Shown: positions 19,312 through 29,027, numbered from the stretch's first letter. The stretch is DNA of 51,366 bases from Candidatus Zambryskiibacteriota bacterium (GCA_026394775.1 JAPLZY010000008.1:1-51366); one strand, 5' to 3'. The notes: generated by a model not told the origin, from the letters alone. Program-made: numbers and translations.

Positions 19312-19395
19312 CGCACTTCAACGAGCCGGAAGCTGGCTGAGGCGGGCCCGCGCAACTTTTCACTAGAAAAGTATGTGTGGGTTGACGTGAAATAA
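19297..19395. repeat. structured insertion duplicating the rplK 3' end
   Basis: GTTGAAGTGCG-CTAA-CGCACTTCAAC hairpin over the stop, two internal hairpins, then GTTGACGTGAAATAA (VDVK*) at 19381-19395. Confidence 0.75.
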
Positions 19396-19433
19396 CTAGA
19401 CTTTCATATTTCGATTCTGCTATACTACTCAAA

Positions 19434-19463
19434 CAAAAGGCGCGCCTCCGGGTGTGCCTTTTG
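19434..19463. terminator. intrinsic terminator-like hairpin after rplK
   Basis: CAAAAGGCGCGCC-loop-GGTGTGCCTTTTG. Confidence 0.6.
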
Positions 19464-19519
19464 TATTTGTGTTTTTATGATTGAATTGGTAGGCTTTGTT
19501 TAGATAAGGAGAAATTGAA

Positions 19520-20128
19520 ATGATATTGACGGTTGACCTTCGTCCTGATTGGAAAGAGCTTCATATGCTTACGGCAATTAAAGCGGGTACCCGTACCTCG
19601 TGTTTAAAACGAGGTGTTGGGGCTGTTTTAGTAAGAAATAAAAGAGAGATTGTGTCAGGGTACAATGGGGCTCCTTCCGGAATGGAAAATTGTCTTATTG
19701 ATTTAAAGGAATGTTTTTATGAACGTCTCGCATGGGAAGATAGTCAAAAAGGTCACGGGCCTTTTGAGTTATTAAAAGAAGCTCGGAAAATATTCTGTAT
19801 TGCACGGCATGCTGAGGCGAATGCGATTCAGCAGTGTCTCGATACAGGAGTCTCTCCAAAGGCGGCTACATTATTTGTCACCAACTTTCCGTGTCCTCGA
19901 TGTGTCATTGAGTACATTATCCCAAATAAATTAGCGGGAGTTATTGTATGGAAAGACTACTTAGCAAATCCATTACTCACTGAAGATGAGCTCACAATGA
20001 GCGTGAGACTTCTCCGGGGTGCAAAGGTATCTGTAGAAAAAATGGATTTCCCTGAGAAGCGAATTCGGGAAATCATGGAGATGCATTTTTCGGTCGGAGA
20101 TAAAACAAAATATGTTTTTCAACCCTAG
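19520..20128 (+). CDS. dCMP deaminase (ComEB-like)
   Basis: SCLKRGVGAV, SGYNGAPSG, HAEANA, PCPRC zinc motif; SD AAGGAG. Confidence 0.9.
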   Translation: MILTVDLRPDWKELHMLTAIKAGTRTSCLKRGVGAVLVRNKREIVSGYNGAPSGMENCLIDLKECFYERLAWEDSQKGHGPFELLKEARKIFCIARHAEANAIQQCLDTGVSPKAATLFVTNFPCPRCVIEYIIPNKLAGVIVWKDYLANPLLTEDELTMSVRLLRGAKVSVEKMDFPEKRIREIMEMHFSVGDKTKYVFQP

Positions 20129-20197
20129 TGACTGGGTGGCTTCACTGCCACCTGGTTATTTTTTATATATCTGATAGGATGGTTTTTAGAGGTGAGT

Positions 20198-20764
20198 ATG
20201 AAAATTGGTCTTGATTTTGACGGAGTCATTGCTGACTCCCTTGCAGCAAAAGTTACTGCTGCACGTGAAATGTTTGCGGTTTCAATTCCTCCAGACCTTT
20301 GTGAGCGTAAGCTCATTATGCAACATCAGTTGCTTACTGAGGAACAGTATGATGAGGTGAATAGGAGGGTATTCAGTGGGCGTGGAGTTGCCATTGAGGA
20401 AATACATCAAGCCTGTCTGTACATTCAAATCTTGCAGGCGCATCGGTATAATATTCGAGTTGTGACGAGCAGATCCAACTCTGATCGTACTCTGGCGTGT
20501 GCGTTAGAGTGGCTTCGGGTAAAAAACCAAACTTTAAAAGTTTCTGGTGTTGGATACAAAAAATCCAAGGTCGATGCGTGTCGCGGGCTTGATGTTTTTG
20601 TTGATGATGATTTAGAAAAGCTCGTACCTCTCGTTGGTACGGTGAACCATTTGCTTCTTTTTTCATCGCCAACCAATCGAGACCATGAAATGCCATCAGG
20701 TATTCATCGTGTAGACAATTGGTGGGAACTTTACAACTATATCCGGGAAGGAGGATTTCGATGA
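20198..20764 (+). CDS. HAD-family 5'(3')-deoxyribonucleotidase-like phosphatase
   Basis: IGLDFDGVI, VVTSR, VFVDD, RVDNWWE. Confidence 0.8.
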   Translation: MKIGLDFDGVIADSLAAKVTAAREMFAVSIPPDLCERKLIMQHQLLTEEQYDEVNRRVFSGRGVAIEEIHQACLYIQILQAHRYNIRVVTSRSNSDRTLACALEWLRVKNQTLKVSGVGYKKSKVDACRGLDVFVDDDLEKLVPLVGTVNHLLLFSSPTNRDHEMPSGIHRVDNWWELYNYIREGGFR

Positions 20765-21393
20765 TTGACATTATTCACTACCAAGTGTTGCCTGAAGGAG
20801 AGTTTCTTGCTCGCCTTAAGGAGACTCGTCTCAAAGGTTTTGGGCAACCACTTGTATATAAGAACAGTGCTTTGGTTATCAAGGAGCAGGTTAATCCTGA
20901 TGTCTTGGTGCCAGCTCAACTGTATGTACTCAAAGGGCAGGTGAAAATTGTTCTAGACCTTGCGGATGCTTTCGAGCATCGAGGTGTGAATGTTTTCGCA
21001 CTGACTGGCGCTTTGCTCTTTTGGTTGGGTGGGTCCGATCCTGATAAGGATCCTCCTATTCCGTTTCTCCCGCCGGTGATTGAGGAATCTCGTGAGCCAG
21101 ATGGGCGAGTAGTTCAACTCATAAACGACGGTATGCATCGGATCGCCGCCGCTCGCCGGTTAGGAAGGAACATCAACATCGTCCATATTTCTAATGTTCC
21201 TCAAGAGTATCCTTACTATGCATATGCACTGGAAGGAGGTTTTTCTCAGGTTACAGAAATCGATGAAATCACCGAAGGTTTCAAAAAGAAAAACTATCGA
21301 GACCCTGAGAACTATAAAGCTCTTTTTCGGGTTTTCACTGGAGTCTTTCCTGGAGTTCAGGCAGACCGGCCACCGATTCGTGCAAAAGTATAA
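20761..21393 (+). CDS. ParB/sulfiredoxin-like domain protein
   Basis: PPVIE...LINDGMHRIAAARRLG matches the ParB-N/Srx DGxHR motif; ATGA overlap with the HAD gene. Confidence 0.6.
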   Translation: MIDIIHYQVLPEGEFLARLKETRLKGFGQPLVYKNSALVIKEQVNPDVLVPAQLYVLKGQVKIVLDLADAFEHRGVNVFALTGALLFWLGGSDPDKDPPIPFLPPVIEESREPDGRVVQLINDGMHRIAAARRLGRNINIVHISNVPQEYPYYAYALEGGFSQVTEIDEITEGFKKKNYRDPENYKALFRVFTGVFPGVQADRPPIRAKV

Positions 21394-21488
21394 AAAACGG
21401 GGAGTTGTTGATATTCAACAGCTCCCTTTTGTTATATCTATAAAAGTGGTATAACGAACCAGGAAAGTTTTTTGATAAGGAGCTCAAC

Positions 21489-22985
21489 ATGCGCTTTGAA
21501 GCGTTGTATTACAAAGAACGACTGACTGTGATCAATCCTTCAGGAGATGTTGCGGTTGTTACACTTTGGTCACTAACGGATTCTGCGGTTAAGATTTTAG
21601 AAGCGGCAGGTATTGATCTGACACCTGAGACTTCACGGGTGGCTGTAATTAGCAACCTGTACGGCAATGGTTTACCTCATATGCTCCGGGCTCTTCTATG
21701 GAACCCACAAATTCAGCATATCGTGGTATTTGGTTCAAACCTATCTGGCTCAAAGGAATGGTTAGTTAATTTCTTTGAGCACGGATTGGAAAATTTTGAA
21801 TTCTTGGGTTCTCCGGCATTTCGTATTCGAAATACTGATCGGGTGATTGATGGAGAGGTACAATTAAGTTATTTTTTGCATCCTCCTTCGATCACTACGT
21901 TTGGAAAACTTACTGATTCAGAAACACAGTCATGTTTGCAAGAATTTTTTGCAGGCTTGCCGGGCTTTGTAGAGAGAAAATTCGAAAGAGTTGCACCTCC
22001 ACAAGTCCCTGAACCTCAGGTGACACGATTTCCATCAGACCCATCGGCTCATATGATTGTACGCGGGACACCAATGGAAGCATGGGCGGAACTCGTATTT
22101 CGTTTGTATCGGTTTGGGTATCGCAATAAAGTAGCAAAGAAAGGAGCGCTCGAAGAACGTGTAGAGCTTCTCGACATGAAAGTTGTAATCAATAATCCTG
22201 TTGAGGAATCTGCTGAAATTCTTGGGCAATATGGATTTGAATTGGAGAAGTTTCGCGGTTACCAGCTGCGAATCCTTGATCCAGTTAAGCCACACGGACT
22301 CCAGTATTCCTACGGTAATCTCTTAAGGGGACACTTTCAGTATCAAGGTGAGATAGTTGATTCGTTGGCTGTGGTTGCTCGGAGGTTGAAAGTTGATCCA
22401 CATTCTCGACATGAATATGTTGCCTTGTGGGACAATGGACCTCATTTGGTTACCGGTCGAGGATGTCCGTGTTTTGTCTCTGCTTTCTTTCGATTTTTTG
22501 AAGGGAAGTTACATATGACTGCGACTTTCCGTACTCACAACGCGATGGATGCGTGGCCGGAGAATTTATACGGACTCATCGCCATTTTACGTTTTGTTGC
22601 GGAACATGCCGGTATGGAAACTGGCTCAATCACCGTGTTCAGTCATTCGATCAGTATTGATCCTTCTGCTCTCGAAAAAGCAAAAAAAATTGCAGAAGGA
22701 AAAAAGACGGATGATATCGTCAATCCTGAGACTGCTAAGGTTGAGCTTCGGCTTGATCCAGGTGGGGAGTATACAGTCACTTTTGATTCGGAAACTTTTG
22801 AACTTGTAGTTGAGCATTCGTTTGGTGGCATGAAGCTTGGTGAGTATCGTGGAAAAACAGCAGAGCAAATTGAACAACAGCTTGCTTGTGATGGTTCGAT
22901 CTTGCTTATCTCTCATGCTTTGTATGTTGGACGGCAGCTTGCTCGCAAAGAAATAGAAATGAAAGCTGCACGCTTAAAAAAGTAG
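21489..22985 (+). CDS. thymidylate synthase-like fusion (MtrA-like N-terminus, TS domain, DUF4346-like C-terminus)
   Basis: VAVVTLWS...SNLYGNG...NPQI; YSYGNLLR, PC catalytic Cys, FRTHNAMDAWPEN; LDPGG...YRGKTA...SHALYVGRQL. Confidence 0.8.
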   Translation: MRFEALYYKERLTVINPSGDVAVVTLWSLTDSAVKILEAAGIDLTPETSRVAVISNLYGNGLPHMLRALLWNPQIQHIVVFGSNLSGSKEWLVNFFEHGLENFEFLGSPAFRIRNTDRVIDGEVQLSYFLHPPSITTFGKLTDSETQSCLQEFFAGLPGFVERKFERVAPPQVPEPQVTRFPSDPSAHMIVRGTPMEAWAELVFRLYRFGYRNKVAKKGALEERVELLDMKVVINNPVEESAEILGQYGFELEKFRGYQLRILDPVKPHGLQYSYGNLLRGHFQYQGEIVDSLAVVARRLKVDPHSRHEYVALWDNGPHLVTGRGCPCFVSAFFRFFEGKLHMTATFRTHNAMDAWPENLYGLIAILRFVAEHAGMETGSITVFSHSISIDPSALEKAKKIAEGKKTDDIVNPETAKVELRLDPGGEYTVTFDSETFELVVEHSFGGMKLGEYRGKTAEQIEQQLACDGSILLISHALYVGRQLARKEIEMKAARLKK

Positions 22986-23001
22986 TAATCTCAGTTTGTC
23001 A

Positions 23002-23035
23002 GAGCCTCGTGGTAGCACCATGGGGCTCTTTTTTT
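23002..23035 (+). terminator. intrinsic terminator
   Basis: GAGCCTCGTGGT-AGC-ACCATGGGGCTC followed by a T-run. Confidence 0.75.
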
Positions 23036-23062
23036 ATGCCTAAAAAATGCTATTATGACCTC

Positions 23063-24754
23063 ATGACTCTCCAAAATACAATCAAACAGTGGATTGCTAC
23101 TACTCTCTCTATCGACGACGATGTGACTTTGGAATACCCGGGGGATGCCTCTCACGGGGATTTTGCTACCAATATCGCCCTTATCTACGCAAAGCAGTCG
23201 GGGAAAAACCCACGAGAACTTGCTGATGAATTTGTAACCAAGCTTAATGCGGTATTAGAACATTTTGATTTCTTTGAAAGTATTACAGTAGCAGGTCCCG
23301 GCTTTATCAACTTTAAACTCAGGCCAAAAGTTTTTAGTGCGGTAGTGGAGAAAATAAATACATCGGGTGAAAAATTTGGAAACCATACGAGACTTTCAGG
23401 GCAGCGGGTTGTAGTCGAGTACACACAACCAAATCCGTTTAAAGAATTTCATATCGGGCACCTCATGAATAATATTATCGGCGAGTCGATCTCTCGACTT
23501 TTTGAGGCACATGGTACAGAGGTTATACGTTCGACATATCATGGAGATGTGGGATTGCACGTAGCAAAAGCTATTTGGGGGCTTCAGAGTATGGAAGTAG
23601 GGACTCTTGTAAACGCACAGGTTTTGGGAAAAGCATATGCAACAGGAGCAAAACTTTTTGAAACAAATGAAGATGTAAAAAAAGAAATTGTCGCACTCAA
23701 CAAACTTATCTACGATCGGTCAGACCCTGATGTAAATGCGCTCTATGATGTGGGAAGAGAAGTGTCTCTCCGATACTTCGAAGATTTATATAAACGCCTT
23801 GGAAGTGAGTTTGATTTTCATTTTTATGAAAGCGAAACAGCGCCTATTGGTAAAGCGCTTGTGGAGGAATATCTCGAAACAGGAGTGTTTGAAAAAAGTG
23901 AGGGCGCGGTGATCTATCGAGGTGAGAAGTTTGGCCTGCACAGTAGAGTGTTTTTGACATCTGAAAATCTCTCAACATATGAAGCAAAAGAGCTTGGCTG
24001 TATCGCTCTAAAAAAAGAAAAAATCGGAGAGTTTGATATGTCGGTGACTATTACTGCAAATGAACAAAATGCTTTTTTTACAGTGGTTGAAAAAGCGGCT
24101 GAAGAAGTATTTCCTGACCTTTCTGCAAGACTCCTTCATCTCTCGCACGGCATGATGAAGTTGCCGACAGGGAAAATGTCTTCTCGTACAGGGGACGTTA
24201 TTACTGCTGAAGCTATGATTGAAACAGTAAAAGATGCTGCTCGAATGAAAATTAAAGAAGGTGTACTTTCTCATGCGCAGCGAGAAGATATTGCAGAGAA
24301 GGTGGCGCTCGCTGCATTGCGTTTTGCTGTACTTCGGCAATCAATCGGTGGGGATATTATTTTTGATGTAAACAAAGCACTTTCTCTTGAAGGGGATTCT
24401 GGTCCTTACTTGCAATATGCTTCGGTGCGAGCGTCTACGCTTATTAAAAAAGCAGATGGAATCATTGAGGCTTCGTCTGTGTTGCCGGCGGATTGGGAGA
24501 CTACTCATATCGAACGCTTGCTCCAGCGGTATCCGCGTATCATCGACCGTGCGGGGCGAGAGTATGCTCCGCATTATCTCGTAACATACCTCACTGAGCT
24601 TGCAGGAGCTTTCAATTCATTTTATGCGTCACATAAGATTATTGACGCTTCTGACGCTACCTCTGCTTATCGTCTTTCAATCACAAAAGCGTTTGTGGAT
24701 GTGATGACATCTGGATTACACATGTTAGGTATTGAAATTCCAAGTGAAATGTAA
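23063..24754 (+). CDS. argS: arginine--tRNA ligase
   Basis: HGDFATN, AGPGFINF, HIGH, KMSSRTG, GDSGPYLQY. Confidence 0.97.
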   Translation: MTLQNTIKQWIATTLSIDDDVTLEYPGDASHGDFATNIALIYAKQSGKNPRELADEFVTKLNAVLEHFDFFESITVAGPGFINFKLRPKVFSAVVEKINTSGEKFGNHTRLSGQRVVVEYTQPNPFKEFHIGHLMNNIIGESISRLFEAHGTEVIRSTYHGDVGLHVAKAIWGLQSMEVGTLVNAQVLGKAYATGAKLFETNEDVKKEIVALNKLIYDRSDPDVNALYDVGREVSLRYFEDLYKRLGSEFDFHFYESETAPIGKALVEEYLETGVFEKSEGAVIYRGEKFGLHSRVFLTSENLSTYEAKELGCIALKKEKIGEFDMSVTITANEQNAFFTVVEKAAEEVFPDLSARLLHLSHGMMKLPTGKMSSRTGDVITAEAMIETVKDAARMKIKEGVLSHAQREDIAEKVALAALRFAVLRQSIGGDIIFDVNKALSLEGDSGPYLQYASVRASTLIKKADGIIEASSVLPADWETTHIERLLQRYPRIIDRAGREYAPHYLVTYLTELAGAFNSFYASHKIIDASDATSAYRLSITKAFVDVMTSGLHMLGIEIPSEM

Positions 24755-24839
24755 TTTTGATGGTCCCCATCTAAGATGAATACGATTCTTTATAAAAAGG
24801 AGTGAAAATGATAGTATGGGCTAATAAGAACATAACAGA

Positions 24840-27800
24840 ATGGCAGAAGAGAAAGACAAACAACTAAAAAGCGAAACTGCATTACGAGAAGAAGCGATTC
24901 TCGATTTTTGGCAAAAAGAAAAAATCTTTGAAAAGACACTTGAAAAGGAGTCACCTCAAGGGGAGTATGTATTTTACGAAGGTCCTCCGACTGCCAATGC
25001 AAAGCCTGCACTTCATCACCTTGAAGCACGAGCGTTTAAGGATATTATTCCGCGTTTTAAAACAATGCAGGGTTTTCATGTAGAGCGTAAAGGAGGGTGG
25101 GATACTCATGGTCTTCCAGTGGAACTGCAGATAGAAAAAAAGCTTGGCCTAAAGTCAAAAAAAGATATTGAAAGCTACGGCATCGAAGCCTTCAACAAAC
25201 AATGTAAAGACAGTGTGTTTGAATATATTGGTGATTGGGAAAAATTTACTGACCGTATTGGATATTGGGTGGACAAAAAGAATGCGTATTTTACGTTCAA
25301 TCCAGGGTACATGGAGTCAGTGTGGAATATAGTAAAGACCGTAGATGAAAAGAAACTTCTCTACAAAGACTACAAGGTGCTTCCGTGGTGTCCGCGTTGT
25401 GGAACTGCGCTTTCAAGTCACGAGCTCGCTCAAGGTTATGAGGAGGATAAAGATCTCTCGGTAACAGCAAAGTTTAAGATCGTCGGTGAAGACAATACCT
25501 ATCTTTTAGCATGGACTACAACCCCGTGGACACTACCAGGGAATGTTGCTTTGGCTGTAGGGAAGGATATTGAATATGTGAAAATTAAAGTCAGTGACGA
25601 ATATTTAATTCTTGCAAAATCAAGAGTTTCTGTTGTACCGACTGAGTATGTAGTAGTGGCTGAAATTAAGGGTGTTAACCTTGTAGGTTTAGAATACGAA
25701 CCTCTTTTCCCGTACCTCACCGATAAATTTACAGACAAAAACCCAGAAGCGTTTGAGAAAGCATACAAAGTATATGCTGCGGATTTTGTGAACACGACAG
25801 ATGGAACAGGGACTGTACACACTGCAGTCATGTACGGACAAGACGATTTTGAACTAGGGACTCAGGTAGGTCTTCCTAAATTCCACCTTGTAAAAGAAGA
25901 CGGACACTTTTTGGATGATATGCCTCTCCATTTAGGAGATAGTAAAAAAGATCTTTCGGGGCGCTATGTAAAAGAAGTAGATGAAAAAGGGAAGCCGACT
26001 GTAGCTGTGGATATTATTGACGATCTTAAAAAAAGAAATTTGTTTTTCAGTCAGGAAAACATAAAACACTCATACCCGCATTGTTGGCGATGTAAAACAG
26101 CACTTATCTACTATGCGCGTGACTCGTGGTATATCCGCATGTCTTCTCTTCGAAAAGAACTCATGGCAGAAAATGAAGATATTCACTGGGAACCAAAACA
26201 TATAAAAGAAGGTCGCTTTGGTGAGTGGCTCCGAGAGATCAAAGACTGGGCTATTTCTCGTGAGCGATACTGGGGTACACCGTTACCTATCTGGACCAAT
26301 TCACAAGGAGACTATCGGGTAGTTGGGAGTGTTGACGAACTTCGAAAGCTCACGAAAAAATCTGGTAACAGGTATTTTGTGATGCGCCACGGACAAACAG
26401 AAGGAAATGTAAAACAAATTTGGAGTACAGATAGTGAATTCCTTGATCCGTTGACCGAAAAAGGGCGAGAGCAGGTACACGCATCGGCACAAAAGATAAC
26501 AGAAAAAATAGATCTTATCGTCGCATCACCGTTTCCACGCACACAAGAGACTGCACGATTGACTGCGGAGATTCTCGGTATACCGGAAGACCAGATTGTC
26601 ACTGATCCGCATATTGGAGAATGGAATGTTGGCACAGAGTTTAATGGAAAAGGTATCGAAGATTTTTTTGCAATTAGAAACAAAGGTACAAACCGATTTA
26701 CGTTTAAAACAGGAGACGGAGAGTCGTATGCAGATGTGTGTACACGAGCAGGAAAGTTTCTCTATTCACTTGAAGAAAAATATCAAGGAAAAAATATCCT
26801 TATCGTGTCTCATGGTGCTCCATCACGCGCAATGGCTTTTATTGCAGATGGTTTTTCTCATGACAAAGCGCCGTTGCATATGAGGACATTTAAAAACTTT
26901 GACAATGCAGAAGTGCGAGAAATTAATTTTGTACCGCTTCCGCATAATCAAAATTATGAAATCGATTTGCATCGACCGTATATCGACGAAGCGGTACTTA
27001 TTGATGAAAAAGGTGAGTCACTAACTCGTGTAAAAGAAGTGATGGATGTGTGGTTTGACTCGGGTTCTATGCCTTTTGCTCAGGTCAATTATCCTTTTGC
27101 GCAGGAAGATTTGCTCTACCCAGCTGACTTTATTTCAGAAGCTATCGACCAGACTCGAGGATGGTTCTACACTTTGCATGCTATCGGCGTGCTGATGGGT
27201 AAAGGCAAGGCATATAAAAACGTAATATGTCTCGGACATATTCTCGACGCCGAAGGAAAGAAGATGTCTAAATCAATTGGAAATATTGTAAATCCAAATG
27301 AGATGATGGATCTCTATGGTGTTGATGCACTCCGTCTGTGGATGTATAGCGTCAATCAACCAGGAGATTCAAAGAACTTTGATGTGTCGACCGTAGATGA
27401 AATAATCAAAAAGGTATTCAACCCAACTCGAAATATTTTGGCATTTTATGAGCTCTATGCAGACGATGAGTCTAAAGCGTTTAAGGGGCAATCATCACAT
27501 GTGCTTGACCGATGGATTGTAGGTGAGCTTCATATGCTTATACGCGAGGGAACAAAGTCGCTCGAACAATATCAGATATTTGAAGCTGCTCGACGTATCA
27601 GAGATTTTATCAATGATTTTTCTACATGGTATGTGAGACGTTCACGCGATCGTTTTAAGTCTGACAATATACAAGAAAAAAATGAAGCACTTGCAACCAC
27701 TCGCTTTGTTCTTGTTGAACTGATGAAGTATATGGCGCCGTTTACTCCATTTTTTGCTGAGGATATTTACCGCACACTCAAGACTTCTTCTGATCCAGAA

Positions 27801-28319
27801 AGTGTTCATTTGACTACTTGGCCTACTGCAGAGGCTGTGGACGAAACACTTCTCGCTGATATGCGTAAAGTTCGAGAGGTGGTTTCAATTGCACTTCAGG
27901 TGCGTTCAAAAGCAAATATAAAAGTACGACAACCACTCGCATCTTTGGTTATACAGGAAGATCTTAGTGACGAGCTTCGGGCAATTATTGCAGATGAGGT
28001 AAATGTAAAAGAGGTTGTTTCTGATACAACTATGATAATAGCGCTTGAGCTTGATACGGCACTCACACCCGACCTGATCGAAGAGGGAATCGCTCGAGAT
28101 ATTATCCGAGCTATTCAAGATGCCCGTAAGAAAGAAAATCTTACACCAAATCAAACAATTACACTCTCACTTTCAGGGATCGGATCTGAATTTTTGAATC
28201 GTTGGGGCGAGATGATACAAAAACCGACAGGAGTTAAAAGTGTAGAAATTGTGGACACAAAAGGTGCGCACACAGTCGAACTCGAAACGCTATCTATTTC
28301 GTTTACACTCGGGTATTAA
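24840..28319 (+). CDS. ileS: isoleucine--tRNA ligase (type 2) with an inserted histidine-phosphatase domain
   Basis: EGPPTANA, GWDTHGLPVE, WTTTPWTLPGN, ISRERYWG, DQTRGWFY, KMSKS; insert with VMRHG...IVSHG. Confidence 0.96.
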   Translation: MAEEKDKQLKSETALREEAILDFWQKEKIFEKTLEKESPQGEYVFYEGPPTANAKPALHHLEARAFKDIIPRFKTMQGFHVERKGGWDTHGLPVELQIEKKLGLKSKKDIESYGIEAFNKQCKDSVFEYIGDWEKFTDRIGYWVDKKNAYFTFNPGYMESVWNIVKTVDEKKLLYKDYKVLPWCPRCGTALSSHELAQGYEEDKDLSVTAKFKIVGEDNTYLLAWTTTPWTLPGNVALAVGKDIEYVKIKVSDEYLILAKSRVSVVPTEYVVVAEIKGVNLVGLEYEPLFPYLTDKFTDKNPEAFEKAYKVYAADFVNTTDGTGTVHTAVMYGQDDFELGTQVGLPKFHLVKEDGHFLDDMPLHLGDSKKDLSGRYVKEVDEKGKPTVAVDIIDDLKKRNLFFSQENIKHSYPHCWRCKTALIYYARDSWYIRMSSLRKELMAENEDIHWEPKHIKEGRFGEWLREIKDWAISRERYWGTPLPIWTNSQGDYRVVGSVDELRKLTKKSGNRYFVMRHGQTEGNVKQIWSTDSEFLDPLTEKGREQVHASAQKITEKIDLIVASPFPRTQETARLTAEILGIPEDQIVTDPHIGEWNVGTEFNGKGIEDFFAIRNKGTNRFTFKTGDGESYADVCTRAGKFLYSLEEKYQGKNILIVSHGAPSRAMAFIADGFSHDKAPLHMRTFKNFDNAEVREINFVPLPHNQNYEIDLHRPYIDEAVLIDEKGESLTRVKEVMDVWFDSGSMPFAQVNYPFAQEDLLYPADFISEAIDQTRGWFYTLHAIGVLMGKGKAYKNVICLGHILDAEGKKMSKSIGNIVNPNEMMDLYGVDALRLWMYSVNQPGDSKNFDVSTVDEIIKKVFNPTRNILAFYELYADDESKAFKGQSSHVLDRWIVGELHMLIREGTKSLEQYQIFEAARRIRDFINDFSTWYVRRSRDRFKSDNIQEKNEALATTRFVLVELMKYMAPFTPFFAEDIYRTLKTSSDPESVHLTTWPTAEAVDETLLADMRKVREVVSIALQVRSKANIKVRQPLASLVIQEDLSDELRAIIADEVNVKEVVSDTTMIIALELDTALTPDLIEEGIARDIIRAIQDARKKENLTPNQTITLSLSGIGSEFLNRWGEMIQKPTGVKSVEIVDTKGAHTVELETLSISFTLGY

Positions 28320-28328
28320 CTCTCTGCT

Positions 28329-28907
28329 ATGGCTCACTATATGTACACGACGGATGCGCTTATAGTCAAACGTATTCCGTATGACACCAATGTTTCGTAT
28401 TTACTTTATACCAAAGAACTTGGTCTTATTAGTGCTCTTGCAACAGGGGTTCGAAAAAGTGAATCAAAACTCAGATATGGTTTGCAAGAGTATTCTTTTT
28501 CGCAGGTATCTTTGGTTAAAGGTAGGCATGTGTGGCGTCTGACAGGTGTTAACTTGCGGACAAATTTCTATTTTGACACAGAGTCAAACAAGGCCAAACA
28601 TGTCATCGCTCGTATATGTGCACAGATAGTGCGTCTTGTTGCAGGGGAAGAAAAAGATGAACAGCTTTTTTCTGTTATAACACAAGGGCTCGACGCGCTT
28701 TCGAAGACGACAGAAGAGGATGTGGCTTTACTTGAAATACTTTTGTTACTTCGGATACTGTATAAACTCGGGTATGTGTCGGCGACAGAGTTGGAAATGT
28801 TTGTGGGGAATGATGAATATACTAAAGATATGTTAGAAAAAGTGCGTACCTCGCAGGCATCTTTGCTTGCCCATGTAAACAGAGGACTGAAAGAAAGCCA
28901 ATTGTAA
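28329..28907 (+). CDS. recO: DNA repair protein RecO
   Basis: N-terminal OB fold (LLYTKELGLISALATGVRKSESKL) and a helical C-terminus. Confidence 0.8.
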   Translation: MAHYMYTTDALIVKRIPYDTNVSYLLYTKELGLISALATGVRKSESKLRYGLQEYSFSQVSLVKGRHVWRLTGVNLRTNFYFDTESNKAKHVIARICAQIVRLVAGEEKDEQLFSVITQGLDALSKTTEEDVALLEILLLLRILYKLGYVSATELEMFVGNDEYTKDMLEKVRTSQASLLAHVNRGLKESQL

Positions 28908-28908
28908 A

Positions 28909-29027
28909 AATACGAATATACGAATAATGCACAACTACGAATGAATTCATCCTGATCCGATACGTTCGTATCGAACGGATTTAGGATTCGTAGCTATTCG
29001 TAAGTTTTCCATTCGAATATTCGTATA
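28909..29027. repeat. ACGAAT/ATTCGT intergenic hairpin element, copy C, with an extra internal hairpin
   Basis: TACGAAT x3 ... ATTCG x4 around the internal palindrome CGATACG-TT-CGTATCG. Confidence 0.75.
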
